A DNA stretch of 64,000 nucleotides from Myxococcota bacterium (GCA_036012755.1 DASCPX010000043.1:1-64000); one strand, 5' to 3'; positions 1 through 10,034 are shown, counted from the stretch's first letter. Numbers and translations: made by a program. Notes: generated by a model not told the origin, from the letters alone.

Positions 1-3000
1 CCGGGGTTCACGTCCGCGTCGTCGTCGTTGCAGTCGGTGCCGTCCGTCACCCCAGAGGGGGCGTCGTCGTCGCCGTAGCCGTCACCGTCCCGATCCTCCA
101 TGCAGGAGGTCGAGGACTCGTTGTAGGCGGCGCCCGGGTAGGCATCGTCGTTGCCGTCGTCACAGTCGTCGTCGTCGTCGGCCTCGTCGTCGTTGGCGCA
201 GGTCAGGTCCGAGCCCGTCTGCGTGGTGGTGCTGCCGTAGTCGTCGCCGTCGCTGTCCACGTAGCAGGTGTCGACCCCGTCGCAGTCCTGGTCGATGCCG
301 TCCGCGGTCGTCTCCGTCGCCCCGGGGCTGATGTCCTGGTCGTCGTCGTCGCAGTCGGTTCCGGCGGAGCCGCCAGAGGGCGCGGTCTCGCTGCCCCAGT
401 CGTCCTCGTCGGCGTCGGTCATGCAGTCCGTGCCGTTCTCTTCCTCTGGAGCGGCCTTGGGGTGGGTGTACTCGTCGCCGTCGTCGCAGTCGGTCATGTC
501 GTCGGCTTCGCCCTTTGACGCCTCGTCGCAGTCGAGGTCGTCGCCGACCACCGTCGAGCCGTCGTCGTCGCCGTAGTCGTCGCCGTCGCTGTCCACGTAG
601 CAGGTGTCGGCCCCGTCGCAGTCCTCGTCGTCACCGTTGGCCACGGTCTCGGTGGCGCCGGGGTAGTCGCTGGAGCTGTTGTCGTCGCAGTCGGTGCCAG
701 CGGTGATGCCCGAGTCGACCGGGCTGTCGTCGCCGTAGCCGTCGCCGTCGTAGTCGGTCATGCAGGACGTGGTGCTGTCGGAGGCCGCGGCGCCCGGGTA
801 GGTCTCGTCGTCGTTGGTGCCCTTGTCCCAACAGTCCGTGCTGACGGAGGACTCCTTGCTGTCGTTGCAGTCCAGGTCGGTGGAGACCTTCGTGGTGGTG
901 CTGCCGTAGCCGTCCTTGTCGTCGTCCTCGTAGCAGAGCTCGTTGCCGTCGCAGTCTTCGTCGTCGCCGTTGGCCACGGTCTCGCTCGCGCCCGGGTAGT
1001 CCCCGGAGTCGCTGTCGTCGCAGTCGGTCATGTCGTCGGCTTCGCCCTTTGACGCCTCGTCGCAGTCGAGGTCGTCGCCGACCACCGTCGAGCCGTCGTC
1101 GTCGCCGTAGTCGTCGCCGTCGCTGTCCACGTAGCAGGTGTCGACCCCGTCGCAGTCCTCGTCGTCGCCGTTGGCCACGGTCTCGCTCGCGCCCGGGTAG
1201 TCCCCGGAGTCGCTGTCGTCGCAGTCGTTCGTGTCGTCGGCTTCACCCTTGTCGTCACAGTCGAGGTCGCCGTTGCCGGTGGTGGTGATGGCAGAGTCGT
1301 CCCCGTAGCCGTCACCGTCGTCGTCGACGTAGCAGGTGTCGCCGCCGTCACAGTCCTCGTCGTCGCCGTTGTTCACGGTCTCCGTGGCGCCCGGGTAGTC
1401 CCCGCTGTCCGTGTCGTCGCAGTCGGTGCCGTCCGTCACCCCAGAGGGGGCCTCGTCGTCGCCGTAGCCGTCACCGTCCCGATCCTCCATGCAGGAGGTC
1501 GAGGACTCGTTGTAGGCGGCGCCCGGGTAGGCATCGTCGTTGCCGTCGTGACAGTCGTCCGTGTCGTCGGCTTCGCCGCTGTCGTCGCAGTCGAGGTCCC
1601 CGTTGCCGGTGGTGGTCGAGTTGTCGTTGTCGCCGTAGCCGTCACCGTCGTCGTCGACGTAGCAGAGGTCGCCGCCGTCGCAGTCCTCGTCGTCGCCGTT
1701 GTCCACGGTCTCGTCGGCGCCCGGGTAGTCCCCGCTGTCCGTGTCGTCGCAGTCCGTGCCGTCGGTCACCCCGGACGGGGCGCTGTCGTCGCCGTAGTCG
1801 TCGTAGTCGTCGTCGTTCATGCACGCTGTGTACGAGTCGTTCGGCGCGGCTCCGGGGAAGGTGTCCTCGTCCGTGTCGTCGCAGTCGTCCGTGTCGTTGG
1901 CCTCGCCCTGGCTCGCCTCGTCACACTCCAGGTCTCCGTCGCCGACCACGGTGGAGCCGTCTTCGTCGCCGTAGCCGTCGCCGTCGGAGTCCACGTAGCA
2001 GAGATCGTTGCCGTCGCAGTCCTCGTCGTCGTTGTTGTCGATCTCCTCTGTCGCGCCGGGGTAGTCATCTGGGTCGACGTCGTCGCAGTCGGTGTTCACC
2101 TCTGAGGTCCAGCCGTTGGTCGCGTGCGGCTCGCAGTAGCAGCGGGCTGGCTCCACGCCGTAGTCGTCCTCGTCGCCGTCGTAGTAGTAGTTCCCGCAGT
2201 TCAAGCTGTTGCTGTCGTTCAGATCGCCGTCGCAGTCGCTGTCGACGGAGTCGCAGGTCTCCGGTGCGCCGTCGTAGATGTCGTTGTTCGAGTCGTCGCA
2301 GTCGTCGCCATAGGTGTCGTCGCGCTGGGCGTACTCGTCCGTGTCCTGGCCGTCCTCGTCCGCGTCGAAGTCGCTGTCGCCCGCGCAGTCCGCGTCGATG
2401 CCGTCATAGGGGACGTCCGTCGCGTCGGCGTTGACGTTCTCTGGATCGATGTCCGGGTAGCCGTTGAGCGGCTCGAAGTCCGTCGGGCGGTTCGTGGGGT
2501 CGTCCCAGCAGTCGTCGTACTCGAAGCCGTTGTGGCCCTCGAAGTCCGGACAGGCCGCCTCGTAGCCCTCGACCACGAAGCCATCGAGGTCCTGGTCGCC
2601 GTCGTTGTTGTCGCAGTTGTCGTCGACGCAGTCGTACCAGATCTCTATGGCCCCGGTGGGGAAGCGCTCGGCGTCCAGGTCGTCACAGTCCGCGCAATTG
2701 CCGTAGCCGTCACCGTCGAAGTCGAAGTCGTTGTTGCCGCTGCAGTCCTGGTCGAGGCCGTCGTACCAGGCGTCGGTGGCACCGGGGTTCACGTCGGCGG
2801 GCTCGAACTCCAGGTCCTCGAGCAGGTCGTCGAGATCGACCTCCTCCGGCTCCTCTGCGTCGTCAGGGTCCCGGTCGCACTCGAGCGGGTTCTCGTCCCG
2901 GTCGCTGCCGTCCACGCAGTCGTCGCCGTAGCTCCCGTCCTGTCGCGGGTACTCGGTGGTGTCGTAGCCGTCGCCGTCCTGGTCGAAGTCGCTGTTGGCG

Positions 3001-3416
3001 CCGCAGTCCTGGTCCGGACCGTCGTACCAGGTGTCCTCTGCGTCAGGGTTGACCTCCGCGGCAGCAGGCTGCTCCCAGCCCTCGCTCGCGACGATGGCGT
3101 AGTCCGCCGGGATGTCGGCCGGGTCGTCCCAGCAGTCGCCCACGGCCACGTGGGCCTCGAAGGCCTGCCAGTCGTAGTTGGCGCCGACGCCGTCCCACAC
3201 GAAGCCGTCGAGGTCCTGGTCCGCGTCGTTGCCGTCGCAGTTCTGATCGATGCCGTCGTACCAGATCTCGGCCATGCCCGGCCCGATCTCGGCGTTGGCC
3301 TCGTCGCAGTCCTCGCTGAACGGCACACCGTCGCCGTCCATGTCGATAGCGGTCCAGTCTGTGCTGCAGGCTGTCAAGGCCGCGGCCGCGATGACCATCG
3401 AGAAGAGCTTGTGCAT
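1..3416 (-). CDS. Large Asp/Cys-rich repeat lipoprotein with putative metal-binding (MopE-related) repeats; 3' end lies outside the window
   Basis: Missed by the ORF track because it runs off the edge. Read manually from ATG 3416: MHKLFSMVIAAAALTAC (lipobox), then many DxDGDGY..DCDD...PGA.E..DG.D.DC units. The frame at both ends agrees (codons 3414-3416 and 3-5). Confidence 0.88.
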   Translation of the reverse strand, partial: MHKLFSMVIAAAALTACSTDWTAIDMDGDGVPFSEDCDEANAEIGPGMAEIWYDGIDQNCDGNDADQDLDGFVWDGVGANYDWQAFEAHVAVGDCWDDPADIPADYAIVASEGWEQPAAAEVNPDAEDTWYDGPDQDCGANSDFDQDGDGYDTTEYPRQDGSYGDDCVDGSDRDENPLECDRDPDDAEEPEEVDLDDLLEDLEFEPADVNPGATDAWYDGLDQDCSGNNDFDFDGDGYGNCADCDDLDAERFPTGAIEIWYDCVDDNCDNNDGDQDLDGFVVEGYEAACPDFEGHNGFEYDDCWDDPTNRPTDFEPLNGYPDIDPENVNADATDVPYDGIDADCAGDSDFDADEDGQDTDEYAQRDDTYGDDCDDSNNDIYDGAPETCDSVDSDCDGDLNDSNSLNCGNYYYDGDEDDYGVEPARCYCEPHATNGWTSEVNTDCDDVDPDDYPGATEEIDNNDDEDCDGNDLCYVDSDGDGYGDEDGSTVVGDGDLECDEASQGEANDTDDCDDTDEDTFPGAAPNDSYTACMNDDDYDDYGDDSAPSGVTDGTDCDDTDSGDYPGADETVDNGDDEDCDGGDLCYVDDDGDGYGDNDNSTTTGNGDLDCDDSGEADDTDDCHDGNDDAYPGAAYNESSTSCMEDRDGDGYGDDEAPSGVTDGTDCDDTDSGDYPGATETVNNGDDEDCDGGDTCYVDDDGDGYGDDSAITTTGNGDLDCDDKGEADDTNDCDDSDSGDYPGASETVANGDDEDCDGVDTCYVDSDGDDYGDDDGSTVVGDDLDCDEASKGEADDMTDCDDSDSGDYPGASETVANGDDEDCDGNELCYEDDDKDGYGSTTTKVSTDLDCNDSKESSVSTDCWDKGTNDDETYPGAAASDSTTSCMTDYDGDGYGDDSPVDSGITAGTDCDDNSSSDYPGATETVANGDDEDCDGADTCYVDSDGDDYGDDDGSTVVGDDLDCDEASKGEADDMTDCDDGDEYTHPKAAPEEENGTDCMTDADEDDWGSETAPSGGSAGTDCDDDDQDISPGATETTADGIDQDCDGVDTCYVDSDGDDYGSTTTQTGSDLTCANDDEADDDDDCDDGNDDAYPGAAYNESSTSCMEDRDGDGYGDDDAPSGVTDGTDCNDDDADVNP

Positions 3417-3506
3417 GGCTGCGCCTCGCTGCCCGGGAACTGTCGAAGCGTACCCCAATTTCGGGACCCTTGACGGAGGGGCGGCGTCCATTACACCTAC
3501 GCAGCT

Positions 3507-4403
3507 ATGATCACGGTCGAGAACCTCACAAAACGCTACGGCGCCACCACCGCCATCGAGGCGGTCAGCTTCCAGGTCCCCAAGGGCCAGGTGGTCGGCT
3601 TCCTCGGCCCCAACGGGGCGGGAAAGACCACGACGATGCGCATCATCACCGGCTCGCTCGGCGCGACCGAGGGTTCGGTGACCATCGACGGGTTGGACGT
3701 CTTCAAGAAACCCCGCGTCGTCAAGAGGCGCATCGGCTACCTCCCAGAGGTCCCGCCGCTGTACACCGACATGACGGTGCGTCAGTACGTCGCCTTCGCG
3801 GGCAGGCTGAAGGGCGTCGGGAAGCCCAGGGCAGCCGCGGAGAAGATCATCGATCGCGTCGGGCTGGCCGAGGTCGCCCACCGCATCGTCGACCACCTGT
3901 CGAAGGGCTACCGGCAGCGCGTCGGCCTTGCCCAGGCCCTGGTGCACGACCCTGAGGTGCTCATCCTCGACGAGCCGAACGCAGGCCTCGACCCGGCGCA
4001 GCGCGTGGAGATCCGAGAGCTGCTCAGGAGCCTCGCGGAGGAGGACCGCACGGTCGTCTTGTCCACCCACGTCCTGGCTGACATCGAGGCCATCTGCAGC
4101 CGCGTCGTCATCATCAACGAGGGGCGCATCATCGCAGAGGACGACATCGAGAACCTCGCCGCCACCCAGGTGCAGACGGTAGAGGTCCAGCTCGCCAGGC
4201 CAGACGGCGCCGAGGCCGTCTTCAGCGAGCTCGGCGGTGTGGCAGAGGTCGTCGCCCTGGGCGAGGGCCGCTTCCAGATCCAGACCCGAGAGGACCGGCG
4301 CGAGGTCATCGCCGACGCCGCCGTGCACTTCGGACTGCTCGAGCTGCAAGGTCGCCAGCGCCTGGAGGACATCTTCCTCCGGCTCACCGAGGAGGGCGAG
4401 TGA
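3507..4403 (+). CDS. ABC transporter ATP-binding protein (GldA-like)
   Basis: Walker A GPNGAGKTT, signature LSKGYRQR, Walker B ILDEP, H-loop STH. Confidence 0.95.
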   Translation: MITVENLTKRYGATTAIEAVSFQVPKGQVVGFLGPNGAGKTTTMRIITGSLGATEGSVTIDGLDVFKKPRVVKRRIGYLPEVPPLYTDMTVRQYVAFAGRLKGVGKPRAAAEKIIDRVGLAEVAHRIVDHLSKGYRQRVGLAQALVHDPEVLILDEPNAGLDPAQRVEIRELLRSLAEEDRTVVLSTHVLADIEAICSRVVIINEGRIIAEDDIENLAATQVQTVEVQLARPDGAEAVFSELGGVAEVVALGEGRFQIQTREDRREVIADAAVHFGLLELQGRQRLEDIFLRLTEEGE

Positions 4404-5164
4404 ACGTCCTGGCAATCGCCTGGCGCGAGATCCGCGCCTACTTCGCAACACCGGTCGGGTGGCTGGCGCTCTGCGCCTTCCTCGGCATCACGGGCTTCTT
4501 CTTCGTCGCCGTCCTGGGCCTCTACAACATGCAGGCCACGGAGATGCAGTACAACCCCTACGCCGGCTCGCAGATGAACATCGACGAGTACCTGGTGGCG
4601 CCGTTCTTCGGCAACACGGTCGTCATCCTGCTGTTCATCTGTCCGGCGCTGTCGATGCGCCTGTTCGCAGAGGACCGCAAGAGCCGCTCCATCGAGCTCT
4701 TGCTGACCTCGCCGGTCTCGACGCTCGAGATCGTGCTCGGCAAGTACCTCGGCGCGGTCGGTTTCCTCGGCATCGTCCTGCTCTGCACGGCCCACTACCC
4801 CCTGCAGCTGTTCTGGCTCGGCGAGCCCGACCCGGGCGTGATGGCCAGCAGCTACCTGAGCGTCTTCCTGCTCGGCGCGTCCTTCCTGGCGGTGGGGCTG
4901 TTGTTCTCGTCGATGACAGAGAACCAGATCCTGGCGCTGGTGTTGTCCTTCGTGACCCTGTTGATGTTCTGGATCCTCGGCTGGGTCGAGGAGCTGGCGA
5001 GCGGCACCTTCAAGGACGTCCTGTCCTACGGCTCGCTGATCAACCGCATGGAGGACCTCTCCAAGGGCCTCGTCCACAGCAAGGACCTCGTCTACTACGC
5101 CTCCTTCATCTTCTTCTGGCTCTTCGCGACCCACCAGCGCGTCGAAGCCTATCGGTGGCGGTGA
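4400..5164 (+). CDS. ABC-2 type permease (GldF-like)
   Basis: Multiple hydrophobic segments; MRLFAEDRKSRSIELLLTSP...IVLGKY motif; overlaps the ATPase stop. Confidence 0.92.
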   Translation: MNVLAIAWREIRAYFATPVGWLALCAFLGITGFFFVAVLGLYNMQATEMQYNPYAGSQMNIDEYLVAPFFGNTVVILLFICPALSMRLFAEDRKSRSIELLLTSPVSTLEIVLGKYLGAVGFLGIVLLCTAHYPLQLFWLGEPDPGVMASSYLSVFLLGASFLAVGLLFSSMTENQILALVLSFVTLLMFWILGWVEELASGTFKDVLSYGSLINRMEDLSKGLVHSKDLVYYASFIFFWLFATHQRVEAYRWR

Positions 5165-6852
5165 TGGAGAAGCTCCAGAAGTACGCCTGGGTCTTTGGCG
5201 TCCTTGGCGGCGTTGCGGTGCTCGCCTTCCTCGGCCATCGCTTCGTCATGGGCGAGTCCGACACCACGTGGATGGTGGTCGGCGGTGTCGGCGGAGCCCT
5301 GTTGGTCGCCTACCTCTTCCTCGACCGCGAGCGTGTCGGTGGGGCCGCGACGGCGCGCAGCACGGTCTATGGCTCCGGGGCGATGCTGATGGTGGCCCTG
5401 GGCGGCGGCATCGCTGTGGCCGCGAACGTGCTCGCCAAGCGCTACGACCAGCGCTGGGACTGGACCCAGAGCAAGGCCCACACGCTCTCCGAGCAGTCCA
5501 TCCTGACCGCCGAGACCATCACCGAGCCCATCCAGGTCGTCGCCTTCTTCGGCGGCGGCACGGTCGAGGAGAGCTCCTTCGAGGACCTCTTCGAGAGCTA
5601 CGACACCCACACCGACAAGCTGGAGCTCGGGATCTACGACCCGATCCAGGAGCCCTTGATGTCCGAGCAGTACGGCATCACGAGCGTCTTCGGTACGGTG
5701 ATCCTGATCCAGGGAGAGAAGAAGCAGCGCCTCGAGAACGACTTCTCGGAGGAGGCCTTCACCAACGCCATCATCAACCTCCAGTCGAAGGAGGACCACG
5801 TCCTCTGCTTCACGGAGGGCCACGGCGAGCGCGGCGTCGACGACGACTACGACGGCGGCGGCTATGGCGGCATCGTCATCAAGCTCGAGGGCACGAACTA
5901 CCAGGTCCAGAACTTCTCTCCAGTGCGCGAGGGCCGCGTCCCCGAAGGCTGCGAGATCGTCGTGGTGGCCGGCCCGCAGATCGATCTGGTGCCACCCGAG
6001 CGCGAGGTGCTCGCGACCTGGATCGCCAGCGGCGGCAGCCTCATGGTGCTCTTGGACCCGCTGCTCACACCCGAGTTCGCGGCAGACATGGCCCGCTACG
6101 GCATCGCCGTCGGTGATGACGTGCTCATCGAGGACAACCCGGCCGCCCAGCTCCAGGGCATGGACGCCTCCTACATCATCACGAGCGAGGAGAGCTTCGA
6201 CTTCCACCCGATCACCACCGGCGCGAACCTCGCGCTGTTCCGGCTGGTCAGGAGCGTGTCCCCGCTGGAGGGAGCCCAGGGCGTCAACGTGCAGGCTCTC
6301 GTGTCCTCCTCGTCAGCTTCCTGGGCCGAGACCGGCCTGGCGGACGAGACCGTGGCCCCGGCACCCGATGTCGGCGAGCTCGGAGTGGGCGCCACCGACG
6401 ACGTGCTCGTCGGGAACGTCCCCTTCATCGCGGTCAGCGAGGTCACGGACGCAAGCCTCATCGAGGTGGGCGCCACCGTGCTCCCAGGAGCAGCCCTGGA
6501 GGAGCTCGGCATCCCCTCGATCCCGGACGCGGCGGACGGCGAGGTCCCAGAAGTGCTCGCAGCCGGCCCCGTGCGGGTGGACGGCGGACGGGTCGTGGTC
6601 TTCGGCGACAGCGACTTCGCCAGCAACGACTTCATGCTCCAGGGCAACAACCAGGACCTCTTCCTCAACTCGCTCGCCTGGCTCGTCGGAGAAGAGGACC
6701 AGATCAGCATCCGCAGCAACGAAGCCGGCAAGGGCACGCTCACCATGAGCGCCGTCCAGTTCGCCCTGTCGATCCTCATCACGATGATGCTCGTCCCGGG
6801 CCTCTGCATCGGGGCAGCCGCCCTGACCTGGGTGCGGCGCCGCAAGCTGTGA
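5164..6852 (+). CDS. GldG-family ABC auxiliary membrane protein
   Basis: ATG overlaps the upstream stop. Motifs RWDWT...HTLS.QS, FTEGHGE, GRVVVFGDSDFASN, NQDLFLNSLAWL; C-terminal TM followed by RRRK. Confidence 0.88.
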   Translation: MEKLQKYAWVFGVLGGVAVLAFLGHRFVMGESDTTWMVVGGVGGALLVAYLFLDRERVGGAATARSTVYGSGAMLMVALGGGIAVAANVLAKRYDQRWDWTQSKAHTLSEQSILTAETITEPIQVVAFFGGGTVEESSFEDLFESYDTHTDKLELGIYDPIQEPLMSEQYGITSVFGTVILIQGEKKQRLENDFSEEAFTNAIINLQSKEDHVLCFTEGHGERGVDDDYDGGGYGGIVIKLEGTNYQVQNFSPVREGRVPEGCEIVVVAGPQIDLVPPEREVLATWIASGGSLMVLLDPLLTPEFAADMARYGIAVGDDVLIEDNPAAQLQGMDASYIITSEESFDFHPITTGANLALFRLVRSVSPLEGAQGVNVQALVSSSSASWAETGLADETVAPAPDVGELGVGATDDVLVGNVPFIAVSEVTDASLIEVGATVLPGAALEELGIPSIPDAADGEVPEVLAAGPVRVDGGRVVVFGDSDFASNDFMLQGNNQDLFLNSLAWLVGEEDQISIRSNEAGKGTLTMSAVQFALSILITMMLVPGLCIGAAALTWVRRRKL

Positions 6853-7233
6853 AGCTCGAAGAAGCCTGGGTCGGCGATGTCCACTTCTCGTTCTTGAGAG
6901 CGTGGGTCGGCGGCTGGGGCGCCATCCTGCTCGCGGCGGGAGTGGCCTCGCCTTTCTTGGGCTACGCCCTCGGCATCACCGAGCACGAGCTCCAGGATGT
7001 CGGAGGGCTCGGCTCCGCCTTGTTGTTCGGTGTGCCCGGCCTGTTGATCCACTGCCCGATCGGAGGGGGTCGTGCTCGCCTCGGCGAAGGCCCTGGGTGA
7101 GGGCCGACGCTGGGCGTGGTTCGGGGCCTTCTTCGGCCTGATGACGTTCTTCTTCGCCTTCTGGCCGCTGGGGCTCTACCTGTTCTGGAGCCTCCTCCGC
7201 CGCGACGTCCGGGTGTTCTGCGGCCTGGAGTAG
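6849..7233 (+). pseudogene. Small membrane protein (~127 aa) interrupted by a +1 frameshift
   Basis: Removing one G from the G5 run at 7065-7069 joins MKLEEAW...PIGG to VVLASAKALGEGRRWAWFGAFFGLMTFFFAFWPLGLYLFWSLLRRDVRVFCGLE* (TAG 7231-7233). Confidence 0.6.
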
Positions 7234-7237
7234 GCGC

Positions 7238-7543
7238 TCAGCCCAGGATGCGCTGCAGCTGGGTGGCGAGGCCCAGGTCGGATGCCTTGAGCTTGCCCAT
7301 CATGAACAGCTGCATGGCGAGGCTCGGGTTGTCGAGCATCATCTCCCAGTCGTCCTTGGCGCAGGTGATGACACAGTCGGCGTCGTCGCCACCCTCTGAG
7401 ACGGAGAGCTCGGACAGATCCAGGCTCCACTTGCCGGCGCCTTCGATGTCGAAGAGGAAGGTCTTGCCGATGTCCTTGAGGGACTCGTCGGCAGCGAGCT
7501 TGTTGGGCAGGTAGTCGGAGAAGAAGACGGCGGTGTCGGCCAC
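7238..7543 (-). CDS. SCP2 sterol/lipid-binding domain protein
   Basis: FDIEGAGKWSLDL...ADCVIT..DW..ML.....AMQLFMMGKLK pattern; GTG start at 7543 after GGAG. Confidence 0.88.
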   Translation of the reverse strand: MADTAVFFSDYLPNKLAADESLKDIGKTFLFDIEGAGKWSLDLSELSVSEGGDDADCVITCAKDDWEMMLDNPSLAMQLFMMGKLKASDLGLATQLQRILG

Positions 7544-7569
7544 GAGGCGCTCCAGAAATGAACGGTGGT

Positions 7570-8370
7570 TCAGTTGGGGGTAGTGGGGCCTAACACATCC
7601 TCCAGCCACTGCGACAGCGTCTTGCGATCCCCGCACCCGAGGGCATTCCAGTCATCGTGCTCGGCGAGCTGATCGTCCAGCCGCGCGAGGTCCTCTGCCC
7701 GACGGGAAAAGGGAGGAATGACGCCGACTCGCCCTCCAGCGGCGCTGGCGACGAGCTCTGCGAGCTGGCCCATGACGACCTCCTCGGGCCCACGCACCGA
7801 GTAGATGCCGACTGCGAGCTCGCCCCGGATCGCACTCGACACGGCGCGGGCGGCGTCCCCGGCCCAGAGCGGCGCGAGGCGGGCCCCGGGGTCGGCGACG
7901 CGGATCGCACGACCGGCGGCGACGGCCTCGAGCCAGGGGCCGCCGAGGTGGCCGTCGCGGGCAAACAGCGCGGGCAGGCGGAGCTCGGTGAGCTCCGGGA
8001 CGATCTCGTGGCAGTCTTCTGAGGCAGAGGACCAGGCGCGCAAGCTCCTGGAGCGGCTGCCTTGGTGGGCGCCGCGGGGGCCGCACAGGACCAGCCTCGC
8101 CCCCTCCTGTCGGGCTGCATTGGCCGTGTTCCGGGTCCCCAGGGCGTAGAACTCCTCGATGTCGTCCTGGGTCGAGGCGGTCCAGACGACCACATCGGCG
8201 CCGCGCATCGCCCGCCGCACTCCCCTGCCGCTGACGGCGTCTCCGATGGTCCAGAGGCCCGGCACGTCACAGGGCCTGGGCGAGACCACGTGCACCACGT
8301 CGCCGCGCGCGGCGTGCAGGCGAGCCGTGTGGCGGGTGACGACGCCACCACCCACGAAGGTGATGTTCAC
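7570..8370 (-). CDS. NAD(P)-binding SDR/epimerase-like protein
   Basis: N-terminal Rossmann-like ITFVGGGVVT, GDAVSG, later APLWAGDAARAV and GPEEV. Start chosen at GTG 8370. Confidence 0.65.
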   Translation of the reverse strand: MNITFVGGGVVTRHTARLHAARGDVVHVVSPRPCDVPGLWTIGDAVSGRGVRRAMRGADVVVWTASTQDDIEEFYALGTRNTANAARQEGARLVLCGPRGAHQGSRSRSLRAWSSASEDCHEIVPELTELRLPALFARDGHLGGPWLEAVAAGRAIRVADPGARLAPLWAGDAARAVSSAIRGELAVGIYSVRGPEEVVMGQLAELVASAAGGRVGVIPPFSRRAEDLARLDDQLAEHDDWNALGCGDRKTLSQWLEDVLGPTTPN

Positions 8371-8383
8371 GAGACCCGCGCGA

Positions 8384-9211
8384 TCACGCGGCGAACAGCG
8401 CCTTCTGGAAGGACTCGGCCTGCTGGGCCTGGACCGCGAAGTCACCGAGGCGCTGGCGAGACCAGCCGTGGAAGTCGGAGCCCCCGGTCAACACGAGCCC
8501 GTGGTCGCGAGCGAGCTTCGAGTAGGTCTTGCGGGTCTGCTTGCCGAGCCCGGGGCGGAGCCCCTCGATGCCCTGCAGGCCGGCGACGCTGAAGGTCCGG
8601 GTCCACTTCTTGGCCAACTCGACCGGCGGATGGGCCCAGCTCGTGAGTCCGCCGCTGGCGCGGGCGGTGCGGATCGCGTCGACGAAGGAGAGCTCGACGT
8701 TGGGCACGTTTCCGTGCTGGTGACCCGTGAAGCGCTCGAAGGCGTCTGCCAGGTTCCTGGCGTGGCCGCCGTGGACCAGGGCCTGGGAGAGGTGGAGGCG
8801 CGTCAACGAGCGATCGCCGTTGTGTGCCGCTTCGTCCGCTGCGGGGAGGCCCTCGAGCCCGAGGTTGTCGAGCGCTGCCTCGTAGCGGTGGGCCCGGCGA
8901 GAGGCGAGGCCCCGGCAGAAAGCGCGGAAGGACTCTGGCATCTCGTGCTGGAAGTAGACGAGCAGGTGGAGCTCGATGCCCTCGTAGACGCCGCTGAGCT
9001 CCACACCGTGCAGCACGTGCAGGGGCCGCCCACCGATGCACACGCGCCCCGCAGGCGCCTGGGCCGGGAGGTCGTGATCCGTCAGCGCGATGAGGTCGAG
9101 CCCACCAGCTGCGGCGCGGCGAAGGACCTCGTCCACGTCGTAGCGACCGTCCGACAGGTCGCTGTGCATGTGCAGGTCCATTCGGGACCAGGGCGGCAGG
9201 GGAAGGGTCAT
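8384..9211 (-). CDS. PHP-domain phosphoesterase (TrpH/YciV-like)
   Basis: DLHMHS.SDG, ALTDHD, GVELS, HLLVY, WAHP and TGGSDFHG motifs. Confidence 0.93.
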   Translation of the reverse strand: MTLPLPPWSRMDLHMHSDLSDGRYDVDEVLRRAAAGGLDLIALTDHDLPAQAPAGRVCIGGRPLHVLHGVELSGVYEGIELHLLVYFQHEMPESFRAFCRGLASRRAHRYEAALDNLGLEGLPAADEAAHNGDRSLTRLHLSQALVHGGHARNLADAFERFTGHQHGNVPNVELSFVDAIRTARASGGLTSWAHPPVELAKKWTRTFSVAGLQGIEGLRPGLGKQTRKTYSKLARDHGLVLTGGSDFHGWSRQRLGDFAVQAQQAESFQKALFAA

Positions 9212-9217
9212 GGGTGG

Positions 9218-9246
9218 ATGATGAGAATCTTGTGTTGACGCGTCAA
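9218..9246 (-). promoter_or_regulatory. Putative sigma70 promoter giving a leaderless PHP mRNA; -35 lies in palindrome TTGACGCGTCAA
   Basis: Minus strand TTGACG-17 nt-CATCAT-6 nt-ATG(9211); perfect 12-bp palindrome at 9235-9246. Confidence 0.5.
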
Positions 9247-9272
9247 GAAGAATCGACCAAGGATCGGCGACC

Positions 9273-9572
9273 TTATTCGATTCGACGCCTCAGCGCCTCG
9301 ATTAGTTCATCGCGAGCCGCTTCCACGGCCAGGATCTTGTCCCTCGAACGCTCCCCGTGGACCAGCCGCAGCTGGCGTCGGCGCATGCCGAGTGCCTTGG
9401 CCAATTCCTTGATCAACGAGGCGTTCGCGGCGCCGTCGACGGCCTTCGCCGGCACCCGCACGAGCAGGACACCGTCGTCACGGACCGCCAGCGAGAAGCG
9501 CTTGCTGCCGGGGGAGACCCTGACGCTCAGGGTGCAGTGATCCGGGTGCTCGACCAGGGCGAGCTCAGGCAC
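9273..9572 (-). CDS. yggU: DUF167/YggU family protein
   Basis: VRVSPGS, VPAKAVDGAANASLIKELAKALG, GERSRDK; directly follows DivIVA. Confidence 0.88.
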   Translation of the reverse strand: MPELALVEHPDHCTLSVRVSPGSKRFSLAVRDDGVLLVRVPAKAVDGAANASLIKELAKALGMRRRQLRLVHGERSRDKILAVEAARDELIEALRRRIE

Positions 9573-10026
9573 TCCGGCCGTTCTCGACCTGCTCCAGCAG
9601 CGACCCGTGTGTGTCGAGGACCGCGTGGATCTCGGCCACGAGTCGGGCCCGGAGCCCCTTCAGGCGGTGCACGTCCTGCAGCATGTCGCGGTGCTCGTCG
9701 TGGCTCGTGGAGATGATCCGCTGGGCCTCGAGCCGCGCCTCGCCAAGGACGAGGTCCGATTCGCGGCGAGCGTTCGTCTCCAGATCCTCCGAGATCTTCT
9801 TCGCCAGGATGAGGGTGTCCTTGATCTGCCCCTCCGCGTCCCGCATCCGCTCGATCTCGTCGGCGGTGGCCCGAAGCCGCTCCTCGAGCTTCTTGTTGTC
9901 CTTGAGGGTCTCCTCGAGGGTGTCCCGGATCTCGTCGAGGAACTTGGTGACCTCGTCCGGCTCGAAGCCCTTGCGGACCATCGAGAAGTCCTTGTTGATG
10001 ATGTCCAGCGGGGTGATTCGGCCCAT
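9565..10026 (-). CDS. divIVA: DivIVA domain coiled-coil protein
   Basis: ITPLDIINKDF...KGFEPDEVTKFLDEI N-terminus followed by a coiled coil. Confidence 0.92.
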   Translation of the reverse strand: MGRITPLDIINKDFSMVRKGFEPDEVTKFLDEIRDTLEETLKDNKKLEERLRATADEIERMRDAEGQIKDTLILAKKISEDLETNARRESDLVLGEARLEAQRIISTSHDEHRDMLQDVHRLKGLRARLVAEIHAVLDTHGSLLEQVENGRSA

Positions 10027-10034
10027 GCCGGCGC

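Noticed and set aside
268..3510. Many short Ser/Arg/Val/Thr-rich ORFs in the track
   Set aside because: They are shadow frames of the single minus-strand repeat gene 3416 to <1.
3507..6852. Bacteroidetes-type gliding motility locus
   Set aside because: GldA/F/G-like ABC systems are widespread outside gliding Bacteroidetes, and no other gld/spr genes are present.
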